A stretch of 64,000 nucleotides of DNA. It comes from an uncultured Candidatus Binatia bacterium (lineage in GTDB: Bacteria; Desulfobacterota; Binatia; UBA9968; JAJDTQ01). The notes under the pieces are model-generated. The model did no database searches and was not told the origin of the DNA. It saw only the letters and a program-made list of their open reading frames with translations. Below are positions 22,500 through 32,586 of the stretch, piece by piece; positions within the stretch are counted from its first letter, which is position 1; every line of letters begins with the position of its first letter. Both the position numbers and the translations under genes were made by a program. Location of the stretch: the NCBI GenBank assembly GCA_965242525.1, contig OZ251459.1, positions 800,001 through 864,000 on the forward strand, given 5' to 3'.

Positions 22500-23834
22500 A
22501 TGGCGCGCATGCGGCCGAGGCCGGGCGTCCGGGTGTGGGCGCTGCTGCTCCTCATCGCGGGCGTCGGATGGGGGGCGTTCCACGCCGGCGGCTCGGTCCA
22601 ACCGTCCGGTCCCGGCTCCCACGTGAACCTCATCGTCGTGGACGGCGGCATCAACCCCGCGGTCAAGGACTACATCCGGGACAGCATACGGCAGGCCCGG
22701 GAGGGCAACGCCCGGGCCCTCATCATCCAGCTCGACACCCCCGGGGGACTCCTGTCCTCCACCCGCTCCATCGTCAAGGACCTGCTCAGCGCCCCGTTGC
22801 CGGTCATCGTCTATGTGGCGCCCAGCGGGGCCGGCGCGGGCTCCGCAGGGGTCTTCATCACCATGGCGGCCAACGTGGCGGCCATGGCGCCCGGCACCAA
22901 CATCGGGGCCGCCCACCCGGTGGCGGGCGGCGGCCAGGAAGTCGAGGGCGTCATGGGCGAGAAGATCGAGAACTTCACCGCTTCGTTCAGCGAGACCATC
23001 GCCGAACGGCGCGGGCGCAACACCGAGTTCGCCATCCAGGCGGTGCGCCGGAGCGTCTCCATCACCGACAAGGAGGCCCTGGAGAAGCGCGTGGTGGATA
23101 TCGTCGCGGTGAACCTGGGCGACCTGCTGAAGCAGGCGGACGGGCGCGAGGTGGACGTGGCCGGGGTCAAGCGCGTGCTCGACTTCGACGGGGTGTCGGT
23201 GGTGCGTTTCGAGATGGGGCTCAAGCTCAGGGTCCTCAACATCCTGGCGGACCCCAACATCGCCTACCTGCTGATGATGGCCGGCATCCTCGGACTCTAC
23301 ATGGAGTTCTCGAACCCGGGCGCGCTCTTCCCGGGCATCGCCGGCGGCATCGCGCTGCTGCTGGCCCTGGCGTCCTTCCAGGTGCTGCCCATCAACTATG
23401 CGGGCCTCCTGTTGATCGGCCTCGGCATGTGCCTGCTGGTGGCGGAGGCGTTCCTGCCGAGTTTCGGCATACTCGGCATCAGCGGGGCGGTGGCCCTGGG
23501 CCTCGGCTCGCTGCTGCTCTTCGACGCGGGGGAGACGGACCTGATGGTGGATCGGTCCATCGTGCTGGCCGCGGTGGGCACCTTGAGCGCGTTCGTGCTG
23601 GTGGTCACCTGGCTCGTGGTCAAGTCCCAGCGCAGGAAGGCGACCCTGGGGTTCGAGGGACTCGTGGGCGAGGTGGGCGAGGTGCGGGAGCGCCTGGACT
23701 TGAGGGGCAAGGTCTTCGTGCACGGCGAAGTGTGGAACGCGGAAGGGGCGGAGCCGTTGGAGCCGGGCGACCGGATCGAGGTGGTCGCACACGACGGGAT
23801 GACGCTCAAGGTCAAACGCGCGGCGGAGGTCTGA
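22500..23834 (+). CDS. NfeD family membrane-bound serine protease
   Basis: LDTPGG, SAGVFI, MAPGTNIGAAHPV, transmembrane region, C-terminal GEVW OB fold. Confidence 0.93.
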   Translation: MARMRPRPGVRVWALLLLIAGVGWGAFHAGGSVQPSGPGSHVNLIVVDGGINPAVKDYIRDSIRQAREGNARALIIQLDTPGGLLSSTRSIVKDLLSAPLPVIVYVAPSGAGAGSAGVFITMAANVAAMAPGTNIGAAHPVAGGGQEVEGVMGEKIENFTASFSETIAERRGRNTEFAIQAVRRSVSITDKEALEKRVVDIVAVNLGDLLKQADGREVDVAGVKRVLDFDGVSVVRFEMGLKLRVLNILADPNIAYLLMMAGILGLYMEFSNPGALFPGIAGGIALLLALASFQVLPINYAGLLLIGLGMCLLVAEAFLPSFGILGISGAVALGLGSLLLFDAGETDLMVDRSIVLAAVGTLSAFVLVVTWLVVKSQRRKATLGFEGLVGEVGEVRERLDLRGKVFVHGEVWNAEGAEPLEPGDRIEVVAHDGMTLKVKRAAEV

Positions 23835-23882
23835 CCGGAGGTCGAGACCCTCGGACCGGCCCCCGCGGCGCAGGAGAAACTC

Positions 23883-24650
23883 ATGCTGGAATTCGGACCC
23901 CCTGCCATCGTGATCATCATCGTCGTCGGGTTGGCCGTCAGCGGGATCAAGGTGCTCAAGGAATACGAGCGCGGAGTCATCTTCCGGTTGGGCCGCATGG
24001 TGAACTCCCGGGGGCCGGGGATCATCTACGTCATCCCCTTCATCGAGAAGATGGAGCGGGTGGAGCTCCGGACCGTCACCATGGACATCCCTTCCCAGGA
24101 CGTCATCACCCGGGACAACGTGTCGGTGAAGGTCAACGCGGTGCTCTACTTCCGGGTGCTGGACCCCAACCGCGCCATCCGGGAAGTGGCCAACTACCTG
24201 TTCGCCACGTCCCAACTGGCCCAGGTGACGCTGCGGAGCATCTGCGGCCAGGCGGAGCTCGACCAGCTCCTGTCCGAGCGGGAACGCATCAACGCCGACA
24301 TCCAGAAGATCCTCGACGAGCAGACCGACCCCTGGGGCATCAAGGTGGTGCTGACCGAGCTCAAGCACATCGACCTGCCCGAAGAGATGCAGCGCGCCAT
24401 GGCCCGGCAAGCCGAGGCCGAGCGCGAGCGGCGCGCCAAGATCATCCTGGCCGACGGCGAGTACCAGGCCTCCCAGAAACTCCAGGAAGCGGCTACGGTC
24501 ATCGCCAAGGAGCCCATGGCCATGCAGCTCCGGTTCCTGCAAAGCCTGCAGGAAGTGGCCAGCGACAAGAACTCCACCACCATATTCCCGGTGCCGGTGG
24601 ACCTCCTGACTCCGTTCCTCAAGAAGGCGGTCGGGGAGGAGGACGCTTAG
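23883..24650 (+). CDS. SPFH/slipin (stomatin) protein
   Basis: [32 protein letters not shown]. Confidence 0.95.
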   Translation: MLEFGPPAIVIIIVVGLAVSGIKVLKEYERGVIFRLGRMVNSRGPGIIYVIPFIEKMERVELRTVTMDIPSQDVITRDNVSVKVNAVLYFRVLDPNRAIREVANYLFATSQLAQVTLRSICGQAELDQLLSERERINADIQKILDEQTDPWGIKVVLTELKHIDLPEEMQRAMARQAEAERERRAKIILADGEYQASQKLQEAATVIAKEPMAMQLRFLQSLQEVASDKNSTTIFPVPVDLLTPFLKKAVGEEDA

Positions 24651-24692
24651 GGGGACGCTTCCCCAGCGGCCTGCCCCCGGGCCTGCCTGTCC

Positions 24693-25730
24693 ATGCTGCT
24701 GGAAGAGCTGGCTTACGAACTTCCCGAAGCGCTGGTCTCCGCCTACCCCGCGGCGGATCGGACGTCGGCCCGTCTCATGGTGGTGGAGCGCCGCTCCGGG
24801 GACATGGCCCATTCCCGTTTCGCCTCCCTGGGGGAGTTCCTGGCGCCCGGGGACCTGCTGGTGCTCAACGACTCCCGGGTGATCCCGGCGCGCCTCGAAG
24901 GGCGCAAGGAGAGCGGCGGCAGGGCCGCGGTGCTGCTGGTGGAGCCCTTCGACGTCGAGCGCGGCCTCTGGCTCGCGTTGGCGGAGACCTCCGGCAGGCT
25001 GCGGGCGGGGGCGCGCCTCGCGTTCTCCCCGGAGCTCTCGGCCACGGTGGTGGGGGAGCTCGGGCAGGGCCGCTACGGACTCCGGTTCGAGCATCGGGGG
25101 GGCTTCCTGGAGCGGCTGGAGGAGCTCGGGGCGCCGCCCCTGCCCGGCTACATCCGGCGGGTGCGCGGAGTGGAGGAGGGGGACCGCGACCGCTACCAGA
25201 CGGTGTACGCCTCCGCGCCCGGTTCGGTGGCGGCGCCCACCGCGGGCCTCCACTTCACCGAGGCGCTGCTGGACGAGCTCGCGGGGCAGGGCGTGGACAG
25301 CGTGCGCGTCACCCTGCACGTGGGTCCGGGGACGTTCCGCCCGGTGCGGGAGGAGGTGGTGGAGGACCACCGCATGGACGGCGAGTGGTATTCGTTGACC
25401 GAGGCCGCGGCCGAGCGCATCCGCGGTGCCCGGGAGAGGGGAGGGCGGGTGGTGGCCGTAGGCTCTACGGTCACCCGCACGCTGGAGAGCATCGCCCGGC
25501 GCAGGGGCAGGGTGGCGGCCGACTCCGGCATCACCCGGCTGTTCATCGCCCCCGGCTACCGCTTCCGCGCGGTGGACGCACTCATCACCAACTTCCACCT
25601 GCCGCGATCGACCCCGCTGGCCATGGTGGCCGCCCTGGCCGGCCTCGACCTGGTGCGCCGCGCCTACGCCGAGGCCATCGAACGGGGCTACCGGTTCTAC
25701 AGCTACGGCGACGCCATGCTGATCCGGTAG
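24693..25730 (+). CDS. queA: S-adenosylmethionine:tRNA ribosyltransferase-isomerase
   Basis: YQTVYA..PGSVAAPTAGLHFT, LHVGPGTF, TNFHLP, YSYGDAM. Confidence 0.97.
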   Translation: MLLEELAYELPEALVSAYPAADRTSARLMVVERRSGDMAHSRFASLGEFLAPGDLLVLNDSRVIPARLEGRKESGGRAAVLLVEPFDVERGLWLALAETSGRLRAGARLAFSPELSATVVGELGQGRYGLRFEHRGGFLERLEELGAPPLPGYIRRVRGVEEGDRDRYQTVYASAPGSVAAPTAGLHFTEALLDELAGQGVDSVRVTLHVGPGTFRPVREEVVEDHRMDGEWYSLTEAAAERIRGARERGGRVVAVGSTVTRTLESIARRRGRVAADSGITRLFIAPGYRFRAVDALITNFHLPRSTPLAMVAALAGLDLVRRAYAEAIERGYRFYSYGDAMLIR

Positions 25731-25758
25731 GGACCCACGGGACCGCGGCCGCCAAGCC

Positions 25759-26913
25759 ATGAAGTTCACGGTTACCCGCAAGGACCCGGACAGCCGCGCG
25801 CGGACGGGCCGGCTGGAGACCGCCCACGGAGCGGTGGAGACCCCGGCGTTCATGCCGGTGGGGACCCGGGGCGCGGTCAAGGGGTTGTCGCCCCGGGACC
25901 TCCGGGAGGTCTCGGCCCGGATGGTCCTGTGCAACACCTACCACCTCTACCTGCGGCCCGGGGAGGAGCTCATCAGGGACCTGGGGGGCCTGCACGCGTT
26001 CATGGGCTGGCAAGGGCCGATCCTCACCGACAGCGGCGGTTACCAAGTGTTGAGCCTCGCGGCCATGCGGAAGATCTCCGAAGAGGGGGTCTCCTTCCGC
26101 TCCCACCTGGACGGCTCGTCCCACTTCCTAACCCCGGAGAAGGTGGTGGGCATCCAGCAGGCCCTGGGCGTGGACGTGGCCATGGTGCTGGACGAGTGCA
26201 TCCCCTACCCGTCGGACCGGGACTACGTGGAGCGCTCCACCCGCCGCACCGTGCGCTGGGCGCGCCGGTCGCTGGAGGCCCCCCGGAACCGCGACTGCGC
26301 CCTGTTCGGCATCGTCCAGGGAGGCGTGTTCGAGGACCTGCGCGAGGAATGCGCGGCCCGGCTGCGGGACCTCCCTTTCGACGGTTTCGCCGCCGGAGGC
26401 CTGGGCGTGGGCGAGGGGCCGGCGCTGCTGGCGCAGGTGGGGAGCTTCACCGCGGGGTTGATGCCCGAGGACCGGCCGCGTTACCTCATGGGCCTGGGGA
26501 AGCCCGAAGACTTGATACGAGGGGTCCGTTCCGGCTATGATCTGTTCGATTGCGTTCTGCCGACCAGGAACGCGAGGAACGGTACGTTATACACTGCCGC
26601 GGGGAAGCTCAGCATCAAGAACGCAGCGTTCGCCCGGGACCCGCGTCCCGTGGACGAAGGCTGCCCATGCTACGGTTGCCGGCATTTTTCGCGTGCCTAC
26701 CTTCGCCACCTCTACATGGCTGGCGAAATCCTTGCGGCCCATCTGAACACGCTGCACAACGTCTGCTATTACCAGCGGTTGATGGCGGAGTTGCGCAGGG
26801 CCATCGGGGACGGGTCGAGCCTGGAGGACGCGGCCGGGGGCGGTCGGCGGCCCGCGGATGCGGCCGGCCGGGACGCGGGGGTTCCCGACGCAGGGCGTCG
26901 GGAGCGTGGTTGA
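25759..26913 (+). CDS. tgt: Queuine tRNA-ribosyltransferase
   Basis: TPAFMPVGT, NTYHL, TDSGGYQ, DCVLPTRNARNG, CxCxxC. Confidence 0.97.
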   Translation: MKFTVTRKDPDSRARTGRLETAHGAVETPAFMPVGTRGAVKGLSPRDLREVSARMVLCNTYHLYLRPGEELIRDLGGLHAFMGWQGPILTDSGGYQVLSLAAMRKISEEGVSFRSHLDGSSHFLTPEKVVGIQQALGVDVAMVLDECIPYPSDRDYVERSTRRTVRWARRSLEAPRNRDCALFGIVQGGVFEDLREECAARLRDLPFDGFAAGGLGVGEGPALLAQVGSFTAGLMPEDRPRYLMGLGKPEDLIRGVRSGYDLFDCVLPTRNARNGTLYTAAGKLSIKNAAFARDPRPVDEGCPCYGCRHFSRAYLRHLYMAGEILAAHLNTLHNVCYYQRLMAELRRAIGDGSSLEDAAGGGRRPADAAGRDAGVPDAGRRERG

Positions 26914-26946
26914 CGAGTTTCGAGCGTCGGAGTTTCGGAGGATAAA

Positions 26947-27279
26947 ATGTGGGACGTAGCCTACGCCCAGGCCGGGGGAGGCCCCAGCACCTTCATCAGC
27001 ATGTTGCCGCTGGTGCTCATCTTCGCGGTCTTCTACTTCCTCCTGATCCGGCCGCAGCAGCGCAAGGCCAGGGACCACAGGAACATGCTGGCCCAGCTCA
27101 AGCGCAACGACGAGGTCATGACCACCGGCGGCGTGTTCGGCAAGGTCCTGGGGTTGACCGAGACCGAAGTGACCCTGGAGGTGGCCCCCAACGTGAAGAT
27201 CCGGGTGAGCCGGAGCTACATCGCGCAGCTCTTCCGGCCGGACAAGCCCGGCGGGGCCAAGGAGGTCAAGGGCAAGTAG
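26947..27279 (+). CDS. yajC: Preprotein translocase subunit YajC
   Basis: FYFLLIRPQQ, VMTTGG; tgt-yajC-secD synteny. Confidence 0.95.
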   Translation: MWDVAYAQAGGGPSTFISMLPLVLIFAVFYFLLIRPQQRKARDHRNMLAQLKRNDEVMTTGGVFGKVLGLTETEVTLEVAPNVKIRVSRSYIAQLFRPDKPGGAKEVKGK

Positions 27280-27345
27280 GCGCCGCGGACGGCGCGGCCG
27301 GGAGGACCCGCCGCGGGTCCGGCGAACCGGTTCGGGAAACGAGTC

Positions 27346-28935
27346 ATGCGTCAAAGCCTGGTCATACGTCTGGTGCTCCTGGTGGTCTGCACCGCGGCGG
27401 CAGGGTTCTACCTTGCCCCGAGCTTCGTGTCCGGCCTGTGGTTCCTGCCCGAGGTGGGCATCCGCCTGGGCCTGGACCTGCAGGGCGGCTCCCACCTGGT
27501 GCTGGAAGTGGAGGTGGAGAAGGCGGTGGAGAACCGCCTGCGGCGGGTGCGGAGCGCCCTCCGCGACGAATTGCGGGAGCGCGGCATCGCCTTCGGCCGG
27601 CTGGAGATCGAGGACGCCCGGGAACTGGTGGTCACCGCGTCCCAGGACCAAATGCAACGGATCCGGGACCTGCTGTCCACCGAGTTCCCGCAACTGGAGG
27701 TTTCCGGATCCGGCGCGGCGGGTCAGGACGGGGCCGAGTTGCGGGCGGTTTTCAGCGCGCGGGAGCTGGAGGAGATCAGCGACTTCGCGGTGGACCAGAC
27801 CCTGGAGACCATCCGCAACCGCATCGACCAGTTCGGGGTCACCGAGCCGACCATCCAGCGCCAGGGCCGGCGGGACATACTCGTCCAGCTTCCCGGCATC
27901 CAGGACCCGGAGCGGGCCAAGGCGCTCATCGGCAAGACCGCGCTGCTGGAGTTCAAGCTGGTGGACGAGCGCGGCGACGTGGAGCAGGCGGTGCGGGCCG
28001 GCGCGCCCCCGGGCCGGGAGGTGCTGTTCGGCTACCAGAGCACGGACTCGCCCGGGCTGCGCCGGGACAAGATACCCTACCTGCTGGAAGCGCGCACGCT
28101 GATGACCGGCGACGCCATCGCCGACGCCAACGTGCGCCGGGGCGATCAACTCGAAGGGGTGTACGTGGAGCTCGCCCTGAACTCCGTGGGCAGCACCGCG
28201 TTCGACCGCCTGACCGCGGAGAACGTCGGGCGGCTGCTGGCCATCGTGCTGGACGGCCGGGTCTATTCCGCGCCGCAGATCCGCGAGCGGATCTCCGGCG
28301 GCGTGGCCTCCATCACCGGCAGCTTCAGCTTCCAGGAGGCCCGGGACCTGGCCATCGTGCTGCGGGCCGGCGCCTTGCCCGCGCCCGTGGAGATCCTCGA
28401 AGAGCGCACGGTGGGGCCGTCCCTGGGGCGGGACTCGGTGCGCCAGGGGGTGACGTCGTTCATCCTCGGCAGCATCCTCGTGCTCGTCTTCATGGCCGCC
28501 TACTACCGGGGCGCGGGCCTTCTGGCGGACGTGGCGCTGGTCCTCAACGTCTTCTTCATGATGGCGGTCCTCGCGGGCTTCGAGGCGGTGCTCACGCTCC
28601 CCGGCATCGCCGGCGTCATCCTGACCCTGGGCATGGCGGTGGACGCCAACGTCCTCATCAACGAGCGCATCCGCGAGGAGGTGCGGAACGGGAAGACCGC
28701 CCGGTCCGCGGTGGACACGGGCTACGAGCGCGCCATACCGGCCATACTCGACTCGAACCTGACGACGTTCCTGGCGGGCGTCATCCTGTTCCAGTTCGGC
28801 ACCGGTCCGGTGCGCGGCTTCGCCGTGACCCTGTGCGTGGGAATCCTGACCACGGTGGTGTCCGCGGTCTATGGGACCCGCATCTACTACGATTACCGCC
28901 TGGCTCGGCGGAACCTCGCCAGGCTGTCCCTGTGA
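27346..28935 (+). CDS. secD: Protein translocase subunit SecD
   Basis: LGLDLQGG, RIDQFGVTEP, LRAGALP, GMAVDANVLINERI. Confidence 0.97.
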   Translation: MRQSLVIRLVLLVVCTAAAGFYLAPSFVSGLWFLPEVGIRLGLDLQGGSHLVLEVEVEKAVENRLRRVRSALRDELRERGIAFGRLEIEDARELVVTASQDQMQRIRDLLSTEFPQLEVSGSGAAGQDGAELRAVFSARELEEISDFAVDQTLETIRNRIDQFGVTEPTIQRQGRRDILVQLPGIQDPERAKALIGKTALLEFKLVDERGDVEQAVRAGAPPGREVLFGYQSTDSPGLRRDKIPYLLEARTLMTGDAIADANVRRGDQLEGVYVELALNSVGSTAFDRLTAENVGRLLAIVLDGRVYSAPQIRERISGGVASITGSFSFQEARDLAIVLRAGALPAPVEILEERTVGPSLGRDSVRQGVTSFILGSILVLVFMAAYYRGAGLLADVALVLNVFFMMAVLAGFEAVLTLPGIAGVILTLGMAVDANVLINERIREEVRNGKTARSAVDTGYERAIPAILDSNLTTFLAGVILFQFGTGPVRGFAVTLCVGILTTVVSAVYGTRIYYDYRLARRNLARLSL

Positions 28936-28994
28936 GCGGGGCCGCGGCGCGAGACCCGGGGCGCTGACCCGCCGCGGACCGGACTGCGAAAGAC

Positions 28995-29891
28995 ATGGAA
29001 ATCATCAAGCCGGGAACCCGGATACCTTTTCTGAGCTATCGCCGATGGGGCTTCGTGCTGTCGTCGGCGCTCATGGTCGGCGTGGCGCTGTTGCTGTTCA
29101 CCAAGGGGCCGAACCTGGGCGTCGATTTCGAGGGCGGCACCATGGTCCACGTGAAGTTCACCGAGCCGGTGACCATCGGGCAACTGCGCGGCGCCCTCGC
29201 CCAATCCACCCTGGGCGGGGTGGTGCAGGACTTCGGCGGGGGCGGCTCGGGCGAGTACCTGATCCGCATGGAGAAGTCGGCCGCCCGCATCGGCACGGTG
29301 GGCCGGGACATCCGGGAGGTCCTGGACGGGGCCTTCGGCGCGGGCGGCTACGAAGTGCTGCGAGTGGAGTCCGTGGGTCCCAAGGTCGGCGACGACCTCC
29401 GCCGCAGAGGCATCTTGTCGGTGATCTTCGCCACCATCATGATGGGCGCCTACATCTGGATCCGGTTCGAGCTGCGCTTCGGCCTGGGCGCCATCGTGGC
29501 CCTGATCCACGACGTGCTCGTGACCGTGGGGGCGCTGGTCATCGCCGGCTTCGAGTTCGACCTCCCCATCGTGGCCGCGCTCCTCACCATCGCCGGCTAC
29601 TCGGTCAACGACACGGTGGTGATCTGCGACCGCATACGCGAGAACATGCGCAAGCGCCGCCGGGACTCCATGGAGACCATCATCGACACCAGCATCAACG
29701 AGACCCTGGGGCGGACCATCCTGACCACCGTGACCTCGCTGCTGGTGTTGACGGCGTTGCTGGTGCTGGGCGGCGGGGTGATCCGGCCCTTCGCCTTCAC
29801 GCTGTTCGTGGGCTTCCTGTCGGGGCTCTATTCCACCATCTTCGTGGCCACGCCCACCATCCTCCTGTTCGAGAGGGGCAGGCGGCGATAG
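28995..29891 (+). CDS. secF: Protein translocase subunit SecF
   Basis: GVDFEGG, VGPKVG, HDV, GYSVNDTVV..DRIRE. Confidence 0.97.
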   Translation: MEIIKPGTRIPFLSYRRWGFVLSSALMVGVALLLFTKGPNLGVDFEGGTMVHVKFTEPVTIGQLRGALAQSTLGGVVQDFGGGGSGEYLIRMEKSAARIGTVGRDIREVLDGAFGAGGYEVLRVESVGPKVGDDLRRRGILSVIFATIMMGAYIWIRFELRFGLGAIVALIHDVLVTVGALVIAGFEFDLPIVAALLTIAGYSVNDTVVICDRIRENMRKRRRDSMETIIDTSINETLGRTILTTVTSLLVLTALLVLGGGVIRPFAFTLFVGFLSGLYSTIFVATPTILLFERGRRR

Positions 29892-30006
29892 ACGGCCGTC
29901 CGCATACGGCGCCGGTGCGGCGGCGCGTCCGGGGCCGACGGGTCCTTCCCCGCCGACCGCGGGGCCGAGGGGGGCGAGGCTCCCGAGGGCTGACGGAAGG
30001 CTGACC

Positions 30007-31737
30007 ATGCCGCGCGACGTTCCCAGGCGCTGGGTCCTGCGAGAGGCCGACGAGACCGCGGCGGCCCGCCTGTCGCGGGAGCTGGAGCTCCCGCGGCTGT
30101 TGGCCCGCATCCTCGTGCAACGGGGCTTCGCCGACGCGGACGCGGCCCGGAGCTTCCTTTCCTCCAGCCTGGGCTCGGACCTGCCGCCGCCCCACCTGCT
30201 CGCCGGGATGGAGGACGCGGTGGGGCGCCTCCGCCACGCCCTCGACCGCCGGGAGCGGGTGGGCGTGTGGGGCGACTACGACGTGGACGGCACCACCGGG
30301 GCCGCGGTCCTGGTCTCGTTCCTGCGCGAGCTCGGCTGCGAGGCCACGTTCTACATCCCCCACCGCATCGACGAGGGCTACGGCATGAGCCGGCAGGGGA
30401 TCGAAGAGCTGCATTCCCGGCGGGTGACGCTCATCGTCACCGTCGATTGCGGCATCTCCAACGCCGAAGAGGTCGCTTTCGCGCGCACCCTGGGCATGGA
30501 CGTGGTCATCGTCGACCACCACCAGTTGCCCGGGCGCCTGCCGGACGCGGCGGTCGCGGTCATCAACCCCCAGCGGGCGGACTGCGCCTTCCCGGACAAG
30601 GGCCTCTGCGCCGCGGGGCTCGCCTTCTACCTGGTCATCGGGCTGCGGGCGAGCCTCAGGGAGTCGGGCCGGTTCGAGGCGGACGGCGTGCCCGACATCC
30701 GGCGCCACCTGGACATCGTGACCCTGGGCACCATCGCCGACATGGTGCCGCTGCGGGGCGCCAACCGGGTGCTGACCCGGAGGGGCCTGGTGGAGCTCGG
30801 GGATTCCACCCGCCCGGGCATCGTCGCCCTGCGGGAAGTGGCGGGGCTGCCCCCGGGCCCGGTGGACGCACGCGCGGTGGCCTTCCAGCTCGGACCGCGC
30901 ATCAACGCCGCGGGCCGCATGGACGCCGCGCGCAAGGTGGTGGAGATGCTGACCACCGACTCCCGGGAGACCGCGGACGAGATCGCCCGGGAGCTCGACG
31001 CCCACAACCGGGAGCGGCGGGAGACCGAGGCGCAGGTGCTCGCCGAGGCCCTGGCCCGGATCGAGGAGGGGCGCCTGCAGGAGCGCTGGTCCATCGTGGT
31101 GGGGGGTCGGGGCTGGCACCCGGGGGTGGTGGGCATCGTCGCCTCGCGCATCGTGGAGAGGTTCCACCGCCCCACCGTCGTGGTGGCGCTGGACCAGGGC
31201 GAGGGCAAGGGTTCCGGGCGCAGCATCCGCGGGTTCCACATGGTGCGGGCCATGGACCGCTGCGCCGCGCTGCTGGAGCGCTTCGGCGGCCACGAGCACG
31301 CCGGGGGCCTGAGCATCCGGGAAGAGAACCTGGAGCCCTTTGCCGAGGGGTTCGAGGCCGCGGCGCGGGAGTTCCTGAGCGAACGGGACCTGACGCCGTT
31401 CCTCGACGTGGACGCCGAGGTGGACTTCGGGCAGTTGAACCTGGGGCTCGCCCGGCGGATGCGGCTCCTGGGCCCCTTCGGCGTGGGCAACCCCGAGCCG
31501 GTGCTCCAGACCCGCGGGGTCGAGGTATGCGAGCGCCGGGACTTCGGCTCGGTGTCGCGTTTCCGGCTGAGGCAGGACGAGCACTCGGTGACCGCGGTGG
31601 CCTTTGGCGCGCCCGAAGGATACCCCGGCCAAGTGAACGACCGGGTGGACGCGGCCTACCGGGTGAGGGAGAACCAGTGGCGGGGGACCTGCGCCATGGA
31701 GCTCCGCCTGCTGGAGACGCGGCCCGCGGCCGTTTGA
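30007..31737 (+). CDS. recJ: Single-stranded DNA exonuclease RecJ
   Basis: GDYDVDG, TVDCGI, DHH, PRINAAGR, GGH. Confidence 0.96.
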   Translation: MPRDVPRRWVLREADETAAARLSRELELPRLLARILVQRGFADADAARSFLSSSLGSDLPPPHLLAGMEDAVGRLRHALDRRERVGVWGDYDVDGTTGAAVLVSFLRELGCEATFYIPHRIDEGYGMSRQGIEELHSRRVTLIVTVDCGISNAEEVAFARTLGMDVVIVDHHQLPGRLPDAAVAVINPQRADCAFPDKGLCAAGLAFYLVIGLRASLRESGRFEADGVPDIRRHLDIVTLGTIADMVPLRGANRVLTRRGLVELGDSTRPGIVALREVAGLPPGPVDARAVAFQLGPRINAAGRMDAARKVVEMLTTDSRETADEIARELDAHNRERRETEAQVLAEALARIEEGRLQERWSIVVGGRGWHPGVVGIVASRIVERFHRPTVVVALDQGEGKGSGRSIRGFHMVRAMDRCAALLERFGGHEHAGGLSIREENLEPFAEGFEAAAREFLSERDLTPFLDVDAEVDFGQLNLGLARRMRLLGPFGVGNPEPVLQTRGVEVCERRDFGSVSRFRLRQDEHSVTAVAFGAPEGYPGQVNDRVDAAYRVRENQWRGTCAMELRLLETRPAAV

Positions 31738-31762
31738 CACGGACGGCGTTCTCGGGTACAAA
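31734..31762 (+). promoter_or_regulatory. Putative sigma70 promoter of rplU-rpmA
   Basis: TTGACA-N17-TACAAA. Confidence 0.55.
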
Positions 31763-31773
31763 ATAACGCAGCC

Positions 31774-32100
31774 ATGGGACGTTATGCTGTCGTCAAGACG
31801 GGCGGGAAACAGTACCGGGTGGCCGAGGGCGAGTTGCTCGAGGTCGAGCGCCTGGGTGGGGAAGTGGGCGCCACCGTAACCTTGGACCAGGTGTTGCTGG
31901 TGAGCGGCGACGGCGACGACGGGGAGGCCAGGATCGGCACTCCGGTGGTGGAGCAGGCCCAGGTCACCGCGGAGATCGTCAAGCAGGGACTCGACCGGAA
32001 GATCGTCGTGTTCAAGAAGAAGCGGCGGAAGGGCTACAAGCGCAAGCAGGGCCACCGCCAACCGCAGACGACCTTGAGGATCGTCGCAATCCGGGCGTGA
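31774..32100 (+). CDS. rplU: 50S ribosomal protein L21
   Basis: [26 protein letters not shown]. Confidence 0.97.
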   Translation: MGRYAVVKTGGKQYRVAEGELLEVERLGGEVGATVTLDQVLLVSGDGDDGEARIGTPVVEQAQVTAEIVKQGLDRKIVVFKKKRRKGYKRKQGHRQPQTTLRIVAIRA

Positions 32101-32114
32101 CCCCGGAGGGACCG

Positions 32115-32375
32115 ATGGCGCACAAGAAGTCAGGCGGAAGCTCCCGCAACGGCCGCGACAGCCAGGGCCAACGCCGCGGCGTCAAACGCTACGGAGGCCA
32201 GCACGTCAAGGCGGGCAACATCCTGGTCCGCCAGTTGGGCACGAGGATCCACCCGGGCCAGAACGTCGGCATGGGCCGGGACTACACGCTGTTCGCCCTG
32301 GTGGAGGGCACCGTGGAGTACCAACGCTGGGGCCGGTCGCGCAAGAGGGTGACCATCGTACCCGCCACCGCCTGA
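32115..32375 (+). CDS. rpmA: 50S ribosomal protein L27
   Basis: [16 protein letters not shown]. Confidence 0.98.
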   Translation: MAHKKSGGSSRNGRDSQGQRRGVKRYGGQHVKAGNILVRQLGTRIHPGQNVGMGRDYTLFALVEGTVEYQRWGRSRKRVTIVPATA

Positions 32376-32586
32376 GAGGCTTCCCCGCTCGCATGAACGC
32401 GCGCCTCCGCGGCCTCCGCCTGCGCGGCCCTGCCGCGTTTTCCTGTCCCGTACCTCGCTGCTCCGTACCTCACAGCCCTCTTCCGTTCCGTAACCGTTCC
32501 CTGGCCGGGGGTTCCCCGGCCGGCGCCGGGAAGCGCCCGGAGTCGGCCTCCACGTCGGCCTCCATCGGCCCCAAGGTCCATGCGCC

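Noticed and set aside
21771-25937. Very long antisense or alternative-frame ORFs (also 21995..25762, 7439..10693, 8359..11286, 33548..36460, 34606..36732, 60099..62531)
   Set aside because: Shadow ORFs expected at high GC; Arg/Gly/Pro-rich or antisense to clear genes, with no family motifs
32376-32586. Structured RNA between rpmA and obgE
   Set aside because: GC-rich hairpins and a short CCGTACCTC repeat only; no recognisable RNA family
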